From Deltaproteobacteria bacterium (lineage in GTDB: Bacteria > Myxococcota > JACRCW01), in the NCBI GenBank assembly GCA_016218805.1, contig JACRCW010000038.1:24915-88914 (forward strand): DNA of 64,000 bases, given 5' to 3'. Under the pieces are notes generated by a model. It had not been told where the DNA came from, did not search any database, and was given only the letters and a program-made list of their open reading frames with translations. The first letter of the stretch is position 1. Each line of letters opens with the position of its first letter. A program made the translations under genes and the position numbers. Below are positions 25,595-35,028 of the stretch, in pieces.

Positions 25595-27718
25595 TCACCG
25601 AGCAAGGCGTGCGCCAGCGGCTTCCGCCTCGCCAACATCCAGCACGCCCACCGTCTGCAGCGAGGCGCCCGGAGCCAGCTCGCGCGCGGCGAGCACGTGC
25701 AGGTCAGGGACGAAGCGGTGGAACAGCTCAAACAGCGGGCGCCGCAGGTCCGGCGGGGCAAGGAGAACGGGCAGCAGGCCCGCCGCCGCGCGCGCGCTGG
25801 CCAGCTTCTCCAGCGCGGCCACCAGGCGCCGCGCCGTGTCCACGTCCGGCGCGAGCACCGGCTCGCCGTCCTGCGTCACCAACGTGGCGCGTAGGGTTTC
25901 TTCGGCGCGGCGCGCCAGGGTCATGACACCCACCACGCCGTCCGCGCCCTTGAGCCGCGCGGTGATCTGCGGGCCCAGGCGCCGGCGTGCGGTCTCAGTG
26001 AGCCAACCGATGTCCTTGCTGCGGGGCGCGTTGTCCGCAACGGCCTCCAGCACCGTGCGGAAGTCGCGCACGCTCACGCCTTCGCGCAGCAGCGCGCGCA
26101 CCACGGCCACCACCTCCGCCAGCGTCACCACCCCGGGGAGCACCGTCTCCACCAGCTTGGGCGCCGCCTTGGCAGTCAGCGCCACCAGTTCCTGCACCTC
26201 CTGGCGGCCCACCAGTTCTGCGGCGTGGCGCCGGACAATCTCGGACAGGTGCGTGGTGACAACCGACGGCGGGTCCACAACGGCCAGGCCTTCCGCCTCC
26301 GCCTGCGCCTTACTTTCGCGCGGGATCCACGTGCACGGCAGGCCGAACGCCGCCTCGGTCTCGCGGATGCCGTCGATGGCCGGCGCCTGCCCGGCGGGAT
26401 GCAGCGCCATCAGGCGGTCTGCGAACGCGCGCCCGCGACCGAGTTCGACGCCGCGCAGCACCACGACGTACGCGTGGGCGTCCAGCCCCAGGTTGTCGCG
26501 CAGGTGCACGGCAGGCATCACGAACCCCAGGTCCTGTGCCACCTGCCGCCGCAGCGCGGCGATGCGCCCGGGCAGTTCGCCGCCCTTGTCCGTGTCCAGC
26601 AGCCCCAGCAGGCCCGGTCCCACCTGCACCTCCAGCGCCTCCAACCGCAGCAGGTCCTCCACCTTCTCGTCGCCGTCGCGCCGCTGGCGCTCGTTCGGCA
26701 GGCCGGCCGCAACGGCCCGCGCTTCGCCGCGCCGCGTGCCCGCATGCCGGGCCAACCCCAACACCGCCGCCCCCAGCGCGGCGAACACCAGCAACGGCAT
26801 GCCGGGCAGCAGGCCCAGGCCGATGAGCACGGCCCCGGCGGCCTGCAGCACGGGCTGTTGCCCCAGCACCTGGGCGCCCACCTGCGTACCCAGCGGCGCG
26901 CGGTCACCGGTGCGCGTGACCACCAGGCCCGCCGCCATGGACACCAGCAGCGCGGGCACCTGTGTCACCAATCCGTCACCCATGGTGAGCACGGTGTAGG
27001 TGGACGCTGCCTGCGCCAACGTGAGGTGGTCACGCAGCACGCCCGCCACCAGGCCGCCCAGGATGTTGATGCCCACAATGACCAGCCCCGCCACCGCGTC
27101 GCCACGGACAAACTTGGAGGCGCCGTCCATGGCGCCAAAGAACTCCGCCTCCTGCTCCAGCGTCGCGCGGCGCCGGCGCGCCTCGGCTTCGTTGACCAGC
27201 CCCGCCGCCAGGTCCGCGTCAATGGCCATCTGCTTGCCCGGCATGGCGTCCAGGGCAAACCGCGCCGCGACTTCGGAGATGCGCCCGGACCCCTTGGTGA
27301 TGACGGCGAAGTTCACCACCATCAGGATGAGGAACACCACGCACCCGACGACCAGACTGCCGCCGGCGGCAAAGTGCCCGAACGCCGCGATGACCCGGCC
27401 CGCGGCCGCCTCGCCGCGGCTGCCCTCGGTGAGGATGAGGCGGGTGGAGGCCACGTTGAGCCCCAGGCGGAACAGCGTGGTGATGAGCAGCAGCGCCGGA
27501 AACGCGCTGAACTCCAGCGGCCGGCTCAGCCGCAGCGCCACGAGCAGCATCAGCACGCTGGCGCCGATGGACACCACCAGCAGCGCGTCCAGCACCGCCG
27601 CGGGCAGCGGGAGCAGCAGCACCGAGAGCACGCCCAGCACGCTCACCGCGACGAGCCGCTCGGTGGCCTCGTTGACCGGGGCGGGGGCCACACCGGCTGC
27701 TGCGCTGTCCGTGTTCAT
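25595..27718 (-). CDS. flhA: Flagellar export gate protein FlhA
   Basis: 707 aa with N-terminal TM region. FHFAAGGSLVVGCVVFLILMVVNFAVITKGSGRISEVAARFALDAMPGKQMAIDADL is the conserved FlhA signature. Confidence 0.97.
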   Translation of the reverse strand: MNTDSAAAGVAPAPVNEATERLVAVSVLGVLSVLLLPLPAAVLDALLVVSIGASVLMLLVALRLSRPLEFSAFPALLLITTLFRLGLNVASTRLILTEGSRGEAAAGRVIAAFGHFAAGGSLVVGCVVFLILMVVNFAVITKGSGRISEVAARFALDAMPGKQMAIDADLAAGLVNEAEARRRRATLEQEAEFFGAMDGASKFVRGDAVAGLVIVGINILGGLVAGVLRDHLTLAQAASTYTVLTMGDGLVTQVPALLVSMAAGLVVTRTGDRAPLGTQVGAQVLGQQPVLQAAGAVLIGLGLLPGMPLLVFAALGAAVLGLARHAGTRRGEARAVAAGLPNERQRRDGDEKVEDLLRLEALEVQVGPGLLGLLDTDKGGELPGRIAALRRQVAQDLGFVMPAVHLRDNLGLDAHAYVVVLRGVELGRGRAFADRLMALHPAGQAPAIDGIRETEAAFGLPCTWIPRESKAQAEAEGLAVVDPPSVVTTHLSEIVRRHAAELVGRQEVQELVALTAKAAPKLVETVLPGVVTLAEVVAVVRALLREGVSVRDFRTVLEAVADNAPRSKDIGWLTETARRRLGPQITARLKGADGVVGVMTLARRAEETLRATLVTQDGEPVLAPDVDTARRLVAALEKLASARAAAGLLPVLLAPPDLRRPLFELFHRFVPDLHVLAARELAPGASLQTVGVLDVGEAEAAGARLAR

Positions 27719-28776
27719 GCCGCCCGGCCTCCTTGCCGCCCGGTCACCCGGAAGACGAACGCCAGGACCGCGGCCACGGCGCGGAACGTCTCCGCCGGCA
27801 CCTCACGGCCCACCTTCACCCGGCGGTACAACAGCCGTGCCAGCGGCACATCCACCACGACGGGCACGCCGTGCTCGTTGGCCAGGTCGCGGATGACCTG
27901 CGCCTGGGCGCCCTTGCCCTTGGCCACCACGCGCGGCGCGCGGTCACGGTTGCGCTCGTAGCGGAGCGCCACGGCAAGGTGGGTGGGGTTGACCACCACG
28001 ACATCCGCGGTGGGCACCGCGACGCGGACCCGGTTGCGCACCAGTTCGCGCGCGCGGGACTTGCGGCGGGACTTCAGCAGCGGGTCGCCCTCGTCCTCCC
28101 GGTGTTCGCGCTTGAGGTCCGCGCGGCTCATGCGGTGCCGGCGCAGGTAGCGCCACCGCGTCAGCGCAAAGTCCGCCGCCGCCAGGCACACCATCACCGT
28201 CACGGTGGCGACGGCGACCTCCAGGGCCAGCGCCGCGGCCTCCGCCCACGCTGCCGCGGGGTCATGACTGATGAGACCGGCCAGCCGGGTCCACCGCCCG
28301 CGCGTGAACGCCCACGCGGCCGCGGACAGCACCAGGAGCTTCCCCAGGCCTACGCCGACGTCGATCCAGAAGTCCGCGCCGACGATCCGTGACACGGTGC
28401 GCGCGTTCCACAAGCGCGCCAGGTCCGGCGCCACCTTCTCCGGCCAGGTGCCACCACCCGTCTGCGCCAAGCCCAACACCACGGCACCCGCGGCAGCCGC
28501 CAGCAGCAGACCCGCCGCCGGTGCCGCCGCGTGCAGGAACGGCCCCGCGTCCCACACGGCACCGCGCTGCGCCAGGCCCAGCACGTTGCCGGCCACCAGC
28601 TCCTGCAGCGCGCGCACCCACGCGCCACCCAGCAGCGGCACGGCGGCAAGGAAGAAGAACAACCCACCGACCGCCGGGACGTCGCGGCTGATCGGGATGT
28701 CGCCTTCCTCGCGCGCGCGCTGCAGGGCGCGTTCACTGGGGGCTTCCGTCCGTTCGCCGGCATCAGAATCGGCCAC
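27715..28776 (-). CDS. flhB: Flagellar export switch protein FlhB
   Basis: GTG 28776 lies 5 nt after GGAG. ERTEAPSERALQRAREEGDIPISRD at the N-terminus. NPTH autocleavage site (VVVNPTHLAVALRY). Confidence 0.95.
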   Translation of the reverse strand: MADSDAGERTEAPSERALQRAREEGDIPISRDVPAVGGLFFFLAAVPLLGGAWVRALQELVAGNVLGLAQRGAVWDAGPFLHAAAPAAGLLLAAAAGAVVLGLAQTGGGTWPEKVAPDLARLWNARTVSRIVGADFWIDVGVGLGKLLVLSAAAWAFTRGRWTRLAGLISHDPAAAWAEAAALALEVAVATVTVMVCLAAADFALTRWRYLRRHRMSRADLKREHREDEGDPLLKSRRKSRARELVRNRVRVAVPTADVVVVNPTHLAVALRYERNRDRAPRVVAKGKGAQAQVIRDLANEHGVPVVVDVPLARLLYRRVKVGREVPAETFRAVAAVLAFVFRVTGRQGGRAA

Positions 28777-28793
28777 GTGCGCTCCACGGGCAG

Positions 28794-29528
28794 CTACCGC
28801 GCCGCCACCTCCAGCACGCTGCGGGCCACCGTCACGCACAACGTGGGCGTCGTTCCACCCAGCACCACACCGCCCACCACCACCGTGGCCAGGAAGCCCA
28901 GCGTGGAGAGGTTGAGCTGCGCCGCGGTGCGTCCCACCGCCGCCAGCCACAGCTGCACGGCGAGCACCGCGGCCAGCGCGGGCAGCGCCAGCTGCGTGCC
29001 CAGCACCAGCGCGCCCAGCACGGTCTCCACCACGCGGTCAAACAGGTCGCGCCACGGCACGCCGCCGCCCACGGGGACCAGCTCCATGCTCCGCCACAGC
29101 CACGCGACCACGGCGCGGTGGAACCCCATGGCGACCGCGGTGCCCAGCGCACCCACCTCGACGATCTGCGCCCACGCGGGCGCTTCGTGCCCGCTGAGCG
29201 GGTCCAGCGTGGCGGCGTAGGTGAAGCCCATGGCGCTGCCGGCCAGTTGCCCCGCGTGAAACGCCGCCGCCAGCGCGAAGCGCACGGACAGGCCGAACGC
29301 GAGTCCGATGGCGAGTTCGCCCAGTGCGCGGGGGCCCCACTGCACCAACGGCGGCGGCGCCACCGCGACGGACGGGAACACGAACGCGGCCAACGCCAGC
29401 GCCAGCACCGCGCGCACCGCGGCTGGCACGCCGCGCGTGCCGATGAGCGGCAGGGTGACCACCAGGCCCGAACAACGCATCAGCGCCATGAGCGGGCCGT
29501 GGAGCAGGCGCAGCGCGTCGTCAGTCAC
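28794..29528 (-). CDS. fliR: Flagellar export apparatus protein FliR
   Basis: Polytopic membrane protein of 244 aa. GTGA overlap with the fliQ stop. Position is fliQ-fliR-flhB. Confidence 0.85.
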   Translation of the reverse strand: MTDDALRLLHGPLMALMRCSGLVVTLPLIGTRGVPAAVRAVLALALAAFVFPSVAVAPPPLVQWGPRALGELAIGLAFGLSVRFALAAAFHAGQLAGSAMGFTYAATLDPLSGHEAPAWAQIVEVGALGTAVAMGFHRAVVAWLWRSMELVPVGGGVPWRDLFDRVVETVLGALVLGTQLALPALAAVLAVQLWLAAVGRTAAQLNLSTLGFLATVVVGGVVLGGTTPTLCVTVARSVLEVAAR

Positions 29529-29794
29529 GGGCCGCTCCCGCCCAGCCCGGCCAGGTTGCCCGCCACCATTCCCGCCAGCCGTTCCAGCATCCAGCCGCCG
29601 GTGAGCCACACAGTGGCCACCAGCGCCACCACGCGCGGCAGGAAACCCAGCGCCGGGTCATTCACCTGCGTGGCCGCCTGCAGGATGCCGGTGACCAGGC
29701 CCACCGCGGCCAGCACCCCCACCAGCGGCCCGGCGAGCACCATGACGGTGGTCAGCCCGTCGGTCAGCAGCGACGCGGTGGGCATCCCATTCAC
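29525..29794 (-). CDS. fliQ: Flagellar export apparatus protein FliQ
   Basis: GPLVGVLAAVGLVTGILQAATQVNDPALGFLPRVVA is the FliQ core. The start may be ATG 29785 rather than GTG 29794. Confidence 0.9.
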   Translation of the reverse strand: MNGMPTASLLTDGLTTVMVLAGPLVGVLAAVGLVTGILQAATQVNDPALGFLPRVVALVATVWLTGGWMLERLAGMVAGNLAGLGGSGP

Positions 29795-30462
29795 ACGAAG
29801 CTCCGCACCAACGACGACACCAGGAGGCGCCAGCCGTCCGCCAGCGCGAACACCGCCAGCTTGAGGGGCAGGGACAACAGCGCGGGGGGAACCATCATCA
29901 TGCCCAGCGACAGCAGGATGGACGACACCAGCAGGTCAATGAGCAACATGGGAACCAGCAGGTGCAGGCCCATGCGGAAGGCGGTCTGCAACTCTGAGAG
30001 CAGGAACGCCGGCGCGGCCACCGTCATCGGGATGTCCTCGCCGCGCGCGGGGCGCGCGCGCCGTGACAGGTCGTAGAACAGGCGGATGTCCTCGGCGTCC
30101 GTCTGCGCCAGCATGAACGCCTTGACGATCCCCGACGCGCGGTCCACCGCCTCCGGCGTGGGCATGCGGTCTTCGGCCCACGGCGTCCATGCCTCGGCGT
30201 GGACGCGCGTGGCGGTGGGCGCCATGACGAACGCGGTGAGGAACAGCGCCAGACCGATGAGAACCTGGTTGGGCGGGGTCTGTGGCGTCCCCAGCGCCTG
30301 GCGCATCAGGCCCAGCACAATGATGATGCGCGTGAAGCTGGTCATGCACAGCAGCACCGCGGACACAAAGCTCATGGCGGTGACCAGCAGGAACAGCTTC
30401 ACCGCCGCCGGCGTGGGGGATGCCGCCAGGGACTGCAGGCCGTCCACCGCGGAGGCGTCCAT
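29791..30462 (-). CDS. fliP: Flagellar export apparatus protein FliP
   Basis: MTSFTRIIIVLGLMRQALGTPQTPPNQVLIGLALFLTAFVMAP and FLLSELQTAFRMG signatures. Confidence 0.95.
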   Translation of the reverse strand: MDASAVDGLQSLAASPTPAAVKLFLLVTAMSFVSAVLLCMTSFTRIIIVLGLMRQALGTPQTPPNQVLIGLALFLTAFVMAPTATRVHAEAWTPWAEDRMPTPEAVDRASGIVKAFMLAQTDAEDIRLFYDLSRRARPARGEDIPMTVAAPAFLLSELQTAFRMGLHLLVPMLLIDLLVSSILLSLGMMMVPPALLSLPLKLAVFALADGWRLLVSSLVRSFV

Positions 30463-31343
30463 CAGTGCACCTCGCTGTGCGCGGCCGCAGCCATCTTGCG
30501 TCGCAGCAGCTCGTCCTCGCCCACCTCATCCAGCACGCGCTCAAACGCACCGCGCATCACGGCCGCGGCCTGGCCCGGTTCATTGCGCCCGGGCAACGGC
30601 GACGCAGCCACGGACCGCGCGCCCTGCACCTCGGTGACCAGGTGGATGCCCGCCTCGCTGTTGGACAGCAGCAGCATCCGCCCGTCCACGCGCGCCATCA
30701 CCAGGCTCCGCCGCGGTCCCAGGCTGAAGGTCTGCACGACGCTGAGCAGGTCCGGCGGCGCCCCCCGGCGACGGCGCATCCACAGCGCCACGGCTCCCAG
30801 CACCAGCAGCAGCGCGGCGGCCAGCGCCACACCCACCGGGCTGCGTGGCTCCGCTGCCACCGGTGACACCGCCGCCGCAGTGACGCCGGGCGCGACGGGG
30901 ACCGGGGGGGGCTGGGCAGGAGGCGGCTCACGGATGGCGGCCGGCGGTGTGGTGGCCTCCGGCACCGCCGGGGACGGCGGCGGCGGCGGCGCGCAGTTGA
31001 CGCGCAACACAAACCCCTCCGGTACCGGCGTCACCACCGGTGCTGCCCCGCAACGCGCCACGGCGGGGAGCCGCGCCGTCACGTCCACGCTGGCGCGCTC
31101 GGGGTACGCCTTGAGCCGCACACCGCGGGACGTGCGCGCGGTCCCCGCCAGTGCCGCGGGCAGCCGCGCGTACAGCAGCGCGCCCTCAGCAGACGCGCGG
31201 ATGGCAGTGCGGTCCGGCGGCACGTTGGTGCGCACCAGCAGCGCCGCGCCCTCCGCAATGTCCAGGAATGACGCGCCCTCGACGGTGACGGTCGTCGACG
31301 TTGACGCGGCCAGGCAGGCGACCAGCGCAGCGCACAGTCCCAT
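30462..31343 (-). CDS. fliO: FliO-like protein with long N-terminal periplasmic extension
   Basis: The C-terminal third has a TM helix, RRRRG and LSVVQTFSLGPRRSLVMARVDGRMLLLSNSEAGIHLV (FliO core). The N-terminus has a signal/lipobox-like MGLCAALVAC, an approximately 110-aa domain and a Pro-rich linker of about 60 aa. ATG follows GGAGGA. Confidence 0.7.
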   Translation of the reverse strand: MGLCAALVACLAASTSTTVTVEGASFLDIAEGAALLVRTNVPPDRTAIRASAEGALLYARLPAALAGTARTSRGVRLKAYPERASVDVTARLPAVARCGAAPVVTPVPEGFVLRVNCAPPPPPSPAVPEATTPPAAIREPPPAQPPPVPVAPGVTAAAVSPVAAEPRSPVGVALAAALLLVLGAVALWMRRRRGAPPDLLSVVQTFSLGPRRSLVMARVDGRMLLLSNSEAGIHLVTEVQGARSVAASPLPGRNEPGQAAAVMRGAFERVLDEVGEDELLRRKMAAAAHSEVH

Positions 31344-31353
31344 CGCGTCCTCC

Positions 31354-31659
31354 TCAGCGCAGCCGGGCCACGCGCTCGGCCGGGTTGACGATGTCCGTGA
31401 TGCGCACGCCAAAGCGGTCGTTCACCACCACCGCTTCGCCACGCGCCAGCAGCTGGCCGTTGACCATGATGTCCAGTGGCTCCCCGGCTTCCTTGTCCAA
31501 CTCGACGACGCTGCCCGGCCCGAGCGACAGCAGGTGCCGCAGGCTGACCCGGCTGCGCCCCAACTCAACGGTGATGTCCAGTGGGATATCCAGGACGCGG
31601 TTGAGCTTCTCTTCGTCGCGTGCCGCGGGTTGCGGATTGGGGGACGGTGCCTGCGCCAT
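31354..31659 (-). CDS. fliN: Flagellar motor switch protein FliN
   Basis: VLDIPLDITVELGRSRVSLRHLLSLGPGSVVELDKEAGEPLDIMVNGQLLARGEAVVVNDRFGVRITDI is the SpoA/FliN domain. Confidence 0.95.
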   Translation of the reverse strand: MAQAPSPNPQPAARDEEKLNRVLDIPLDITVELGRSRVSLRHLLSLGPGSVVELDKEAGEPLDIMVNGQLLARGEAVVVNDRFGVRITDIVNPAERVARLR

Positions 31660-31664
31660 GTTGT

Positions 31665-32687
31665 TCAGCCTCCCGGGACTTGCGTGTCAGCCGTGGGCTC
31701 CTCGCCCTGCCCGGCCGCCTGCTGCATCACCAGGGCCAACCCACCCGCCACCACCTGCGGCCGGCCCCGGAACTTGTGGACGCCCTGCACCAGCAGCGGG
31801 AGCGGGCGCGCCTCGGCCGTGTCCAGCGTGATGACCTGGCCCTGCCCCACGGCCAGGAAGTCCTTGAGGGACATGCGCGCGCGCCCCAGCACGCCGCACA
31901 GCTCCATGGGCAGCTCCATGATCAGCTCGCGCAGGTGTTCGGCGTAGCGGCCGTCGGTCACGGATGAACTGCGCGGAGATGCGCTCAGCTGCTTCTTCAC
32001 CGTCTCCACGGACGCAAACGGGATGCTCAGCGTCAGGCGCGCCGTCCCGCCGCCCTCGCCCAGCTTGACGTCCAGCCCGGTGACAATGGCCACGTCTGAG
32101 GGGGGGGCCACCACCGCCAGACGCGGGTCCGTCTCCAGGCGCAGCACCTGCGGGCGGACGGGCAGCACGGGCGCCCAGGCGCGCCCCACGGCGTCACAGA
32201 TCACACCAAGGATGCGTGAGAACACGCTGCGCTCCACACCGGTGAGGTCGTGTCGCGTCTGGGATGGCGTGTCGTCGATCCGCGCCTGCCGGTCGCCCAG
32301 CGCCGCCGCGAGCAGCGCGCGCGTGAGTTCCTCGGGCACCACCAGCACCGCCTGGCCGCTGACGCTCCCCAGGCCCAGGACCACAAACGTGGCAGGCGGC
32401 CCGACCTGCGAGTGGAAATCCGCAAACTTCATCAGCCGCGCCGGCTGGGTGGTGACGTCCACGGGCGCGCGCAACCGGCCCGCCAGGCCCACGGCAACCT
32501 GCGACGCGATGTGATCGTTGATGCTGTCCAGCGTCGGCAGCTGGCCGCGGATGACGCGGTCGGAGCTGGTGAGATCGTAGGGATGCACCTCGCGCGTGGG
32601 CGGGTCGGAGCCGGGAGCGTCCAGCTGGCCTTCGCGCATGGCCTGCAGCAGGGCATCCATCTCGTTGGGCGTCAGCGTCGGGGTCAT
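31665..32687 (-). CDS. fliM: Flagellar motor switch protein FliM
   Basis: N-terminal CheY-P-binding-like LTPNEMDALL, then HPYDLTSSDRVIRGQLPTLDSINDH. 340 aa. Confidence 0.95.
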   Translation of the reverse strand: MTPTLTPNEMDALLQAMREGQLDAPGSDPPTREVHPYDLTSSDRVIRGQLPTLDSINDHIASQVAVGLAGRLRAPVDVTTQPARLMKFADFHSQVGPPATFVVLGLGSVSGQAVLVVPEELTRALLAAALGDRQARIDDTPSQTRHDLTGVERSVFSRILGVICDAVGRAWAPVLPVRPQVLRLETDPRLAVVAPPSDVAIVTGLDVKLGEGGGTARLTLSIPFASVETVKKQLSASPRSSSVTDGRYAEHLRELIMELPMELCGVLGRARMSLKDFLAVGQGQVITLDTAEARPLPLLVQGVHKFRGRPQVVAGGLALVMQQAAGQGEEPTADTQVPGG

Positions 32688-32697
32688 GGGGCCGGCC

Positions 32698-33297
32698 TCA
32701 CTGCAAGACGAACTCGGTCAGGAACACGGTGCGGACCGCGCCACCAGGCAGGACCTCGCGGACCTCCTTGGCCAGCCGCGCCTTGAGCGCGTCCAGCTCG
32801 GCGCGGCTGCGCACGGCGTCCACCGTGAGGTCGGTGAGCACGCCGATGAAGCGGTCCCGCACCTCAGGGAGCTGCTGCTTGAGGACGTCGGCCTCGGGTT
32901 GCCCGCGCACCTGCGCTTCAAACACGAACCGCGCGTAGCGCTCGCCCTCCGGCGATGACAGCCGCACCACAAACTCACCGATTGGGACGTTGGGCGGCGG
33001 CGCGGTCGGGGGCAACGATGACGCGACTTCAGCGGGCGCTTCCGCGCGGCTCTTGTCGCCGCCTTCGCGCCTGGCGCCATCCGCTCCAACCGCCGGCCCA
33101 GTGCCGGCGGCGTGCTCGCCTGCCGGCGGCGCCGCGTGCTGCGCGCGCGTCCCCATCACGACCGCCAGGGCAATTGCTGCCATGACACCGACCGTGTTCA
33201 CCAAGCCCAGGATGACCAGGACCTTTCCGGATCCGCCCGGCCTGGGTTTCTCCGCCGCCTCATCCACCGCCACATCGCTGACCGCCGCGTTGCTCAT
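32698..33297 (-). CDS. fliL: Flagellar basal-body-associated protein FliL
   Basis: Single TM helix (VLVILGLVNTVGVMAAIALAVV). C-terminal ...RYARFVFEAQV...QLPEVRDRFIGVLTDL...VFLTEFVLQ. ATG follows GGAGG. Confidence 0.85.
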   Translation of the reverse strand: MSNAAVSDVAVDEAAEKPRPGGSGKVLVILGLVNTVGVMAAIALAVVMGTRAQHAAPPAGEHAAGTGPAVGADGARREGGDKSRAEAPAEVASSLPPTAPPPNVPIGEFVVRLSSPEGERYARFVFEAQVRGQPEADVLKQQLPEVRDRFIGVLTDLTVDAVRSRAELDALKARLAKEVREVLPGGAVRTVFLTEFVLQ

Positions 33298-33320
33298 GGA
33301 GCCTCCACGGTGTCGACGAG

Positions 33321-33336
33321 AGCAACCCCCGTGCCG
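33321..33336 (-). promoter_or_regulatory. Sigma-54 (-24/-12) promoter upstream of fliL operon
   Basis: On the - strand: CGGCACG-GGGG-TTGCT (consensus TGGCACG-N4-TTGCW), with exact spacing. About 12 nt separate it from the GGAGG SD of fliL. It sits in a 147-nt gap after motB. Confidence 0.65.
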
Positions 33337-33444
33337 GGGACCCACGCGGCACGCGCTCCATGGGGTGGCGCCGTTGCGGCCGTGGCGCGGCGGCGCGGGT
33401 CATGGGTATGACGGCAGGCCAGGTCGGGTCCCGTCAGGGACCTG

Positions 33445-34215
33445 TCAGAGCGTGCCCACGGGGCTTTCGCTGCCGAACTCCAAGCACAGCTCGATGCGCC
33501 GGTTTCGCTCGCGGCCACCGGCGGTGTCGTTGGTCGTCACCGGCCGGGAGGCGGCAAAACCGCCGAGCGACAGCAGTTCCTGCGGGTAGCCGTGCGCCAG
33601 TTCGAGGTAGCCCACCACGGCGGCGGCCCGCAGCGCGGACAGCTCCCAGTTGGAGCGGACGCGCAGGGCGGTGGGGGTACGGTCGTCGGTGTGACCGTCC
33701 ACGCGCAGCGGCCGGCGGTAGCTGGCCAGCTCCTCCATGACCGCGTCCAGGATGGGCAGCGCCTCGGGCCGGAGCGCGGCGCTTCCCGGGTCAAAGAAGC
33801 TCCCCGCGGTGATGCGCACCCGCAGCATGGGGCCCTGCGCTTCGACGATGACCGGGCGTGACCCGGAGGCGTCCCGGCTGCGGATGGTCGGCGCCAGGCG
33901 GGCCTCCAGCTTCCGCCGCGCGGCCTCGGCCAGGCGGGTGCCGACGGTGGGAGCCGCGGTTTCCCCTCCCTCCAACACGCCGTTCCCGCCGCTGGGCGGC
34001 CCCTTGTAAAGGGGTAGCTGCGCCAGCCCACCGGTCCCCTTGAAGTGCATGGCCCAGCGCACGCTCTTCTCCGCCTGCACCACCCGTTTCTGGTCCACGC
34101 TGCTCACCGCGTACAGCACCACAAAGAACGCGAACAGCAGCGTGATGAAGTCGGCATAGGACACCAGCCAGCGTTCGTGGTTCTCATGCTCTTCGTGGTG
34201 CGGTCGCCGGGCCAT
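33445..34215 (-). CDS. motB: Flagellar stator protein MotB
   Basis: HERWLVSYADFITLLFAFFVVLYAVSS (plug/TM with conserved Asp), plus a C-terminal OmpA-like RVDGHTDD...SNWELSALRAA...NRRIE. Confidence 0.9.
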   Translation of the reverse strand: MARRPHHEEHENHERWLVSYADFITLLFAFFVVLYAVSSVDQKRVVQAEKSVRWAMHFKGTGGLAQLPLYKGPPSGGNGVLEGGETAAPTVGTRLAEAARRKLEARLAPTIRSRDASGSRPVIVEAQGPMLRVRITAGSFFDPGSAALRPEALPILDAVMEELASYRRPLRVDGHTDDRTPTALRVRSNWELSALRAAAVVGYLELAHGYPQELLSLGGFAASRPVTTNDTAGGRERNRRIELCLEFGSESPVGTL

Positions 34216-34245
34216 GGCCGTCTCCGTCGCCGCACGTGCGGCGGA

Positions 34246-35019
34246 TCAGCCGCCCGCCTTGGCGGCGTGCGGCACATGGCCCCCCGTGAGCGCGTGGAGC
34301 TTTTCCTCCAGCACGCGGGGGTTCACGCCCTCTTGGATCGACAAGATCCCTTCGGCGATTAAGATCTTCCGTTCCTTGGCCTGTCCCACTTTCACCTTCA
34401 GCTTGTTGGCCAGCGGCAACAGGATGAGGTTGGCGATGCCCACGCCGTACACGGTGGCCACAAACGCGGTGGCGATGCCGCCGCCGAGCTTGGACGGGTC
34501 AGACAGGTTCTCCATGACGTGGATGAGGCCCAGCACCGCGCCCAGGATGCCCACCGTGGGCGCAAAACCACCGGCGGATTCAAACACCTTGGCCGCCACC
34601 AGGTTCTCCTCAAACTCGGCGTAGATCTCTGCCTCCAGCGTGTCGCGCGTCAGCTTGGCGTCCACGCCGTCCACCACCAGGCGCAGGCCCTTCTTCATGA
34701 ACGGGTCATCAATCGTGTTGATGCGTGACTCCAGCGCCAGCACCCCGTCGCGCCGGGCAAGGCCCGCCAGCTCTACAAGGCCGGTGACCAGCTGCGGCAG
34801 GTCACTGCGGCGGGCCTGCAGCGCGTCCTTGATCATCCCCACGCCCTTTTTGAGGACGGGCACCGGGAACCCCACGATGGTGGCCCCCGCGGTGCCGCCA
34901 AGCACGATGATGGCCGCGGTGGCCTGCACCAGGCTTCCGGCGTGGCCGCCCTCCAACGCCTGGCCGAACAGGATGCACGCGATGGAGAGAACCACGCCGC
35001 CGATGGTGCCGAAATCCAT
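34246..35019 (-). CDS. motA: Flagellar stator protein MotA
   Basis: 257 aa, MotA/TolQ/ExbB family with four TM segments. GGFAPTVGILGAVLGLIHVM and ATAFVATVYGVGIANL. Confidence 0.9.
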   Translation of the reverse strand: MDFGTIGGVVLSIACILFGQALEGGHAGSLVQATAAIIVLGGTAGATIVGFPVPVLKKGVGMIKDALQARRSDLPQLVTGLVELAGLARRDGVLALESRINTIDDPFMKKGLRLVVDGVDAKLTRDTLEAEIYAEFEENLVAAKVFESAGGFAPTVGILGAVLGLIHVMENLSDPSKLGGGIATAFVATVYGVGIANLILLPLANKLKVKVGQAKERKILIAEGILSIQEGVNPRVLEEKLHALTGGHVPHAAKAGG

Positions 35020-35028
35020 GACTGTCTC

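Noticed and set aside
25206-27961. Long + strand ORFs (597 aa and 578 aa) over flhF and flhA
   Set aside because: They are antisense to the unmistakable FlhA and FlhF. The products are Ser/Arg/Pro/Ala strings or Arg/His/Gln/Gly strings. Shadow ORFs.
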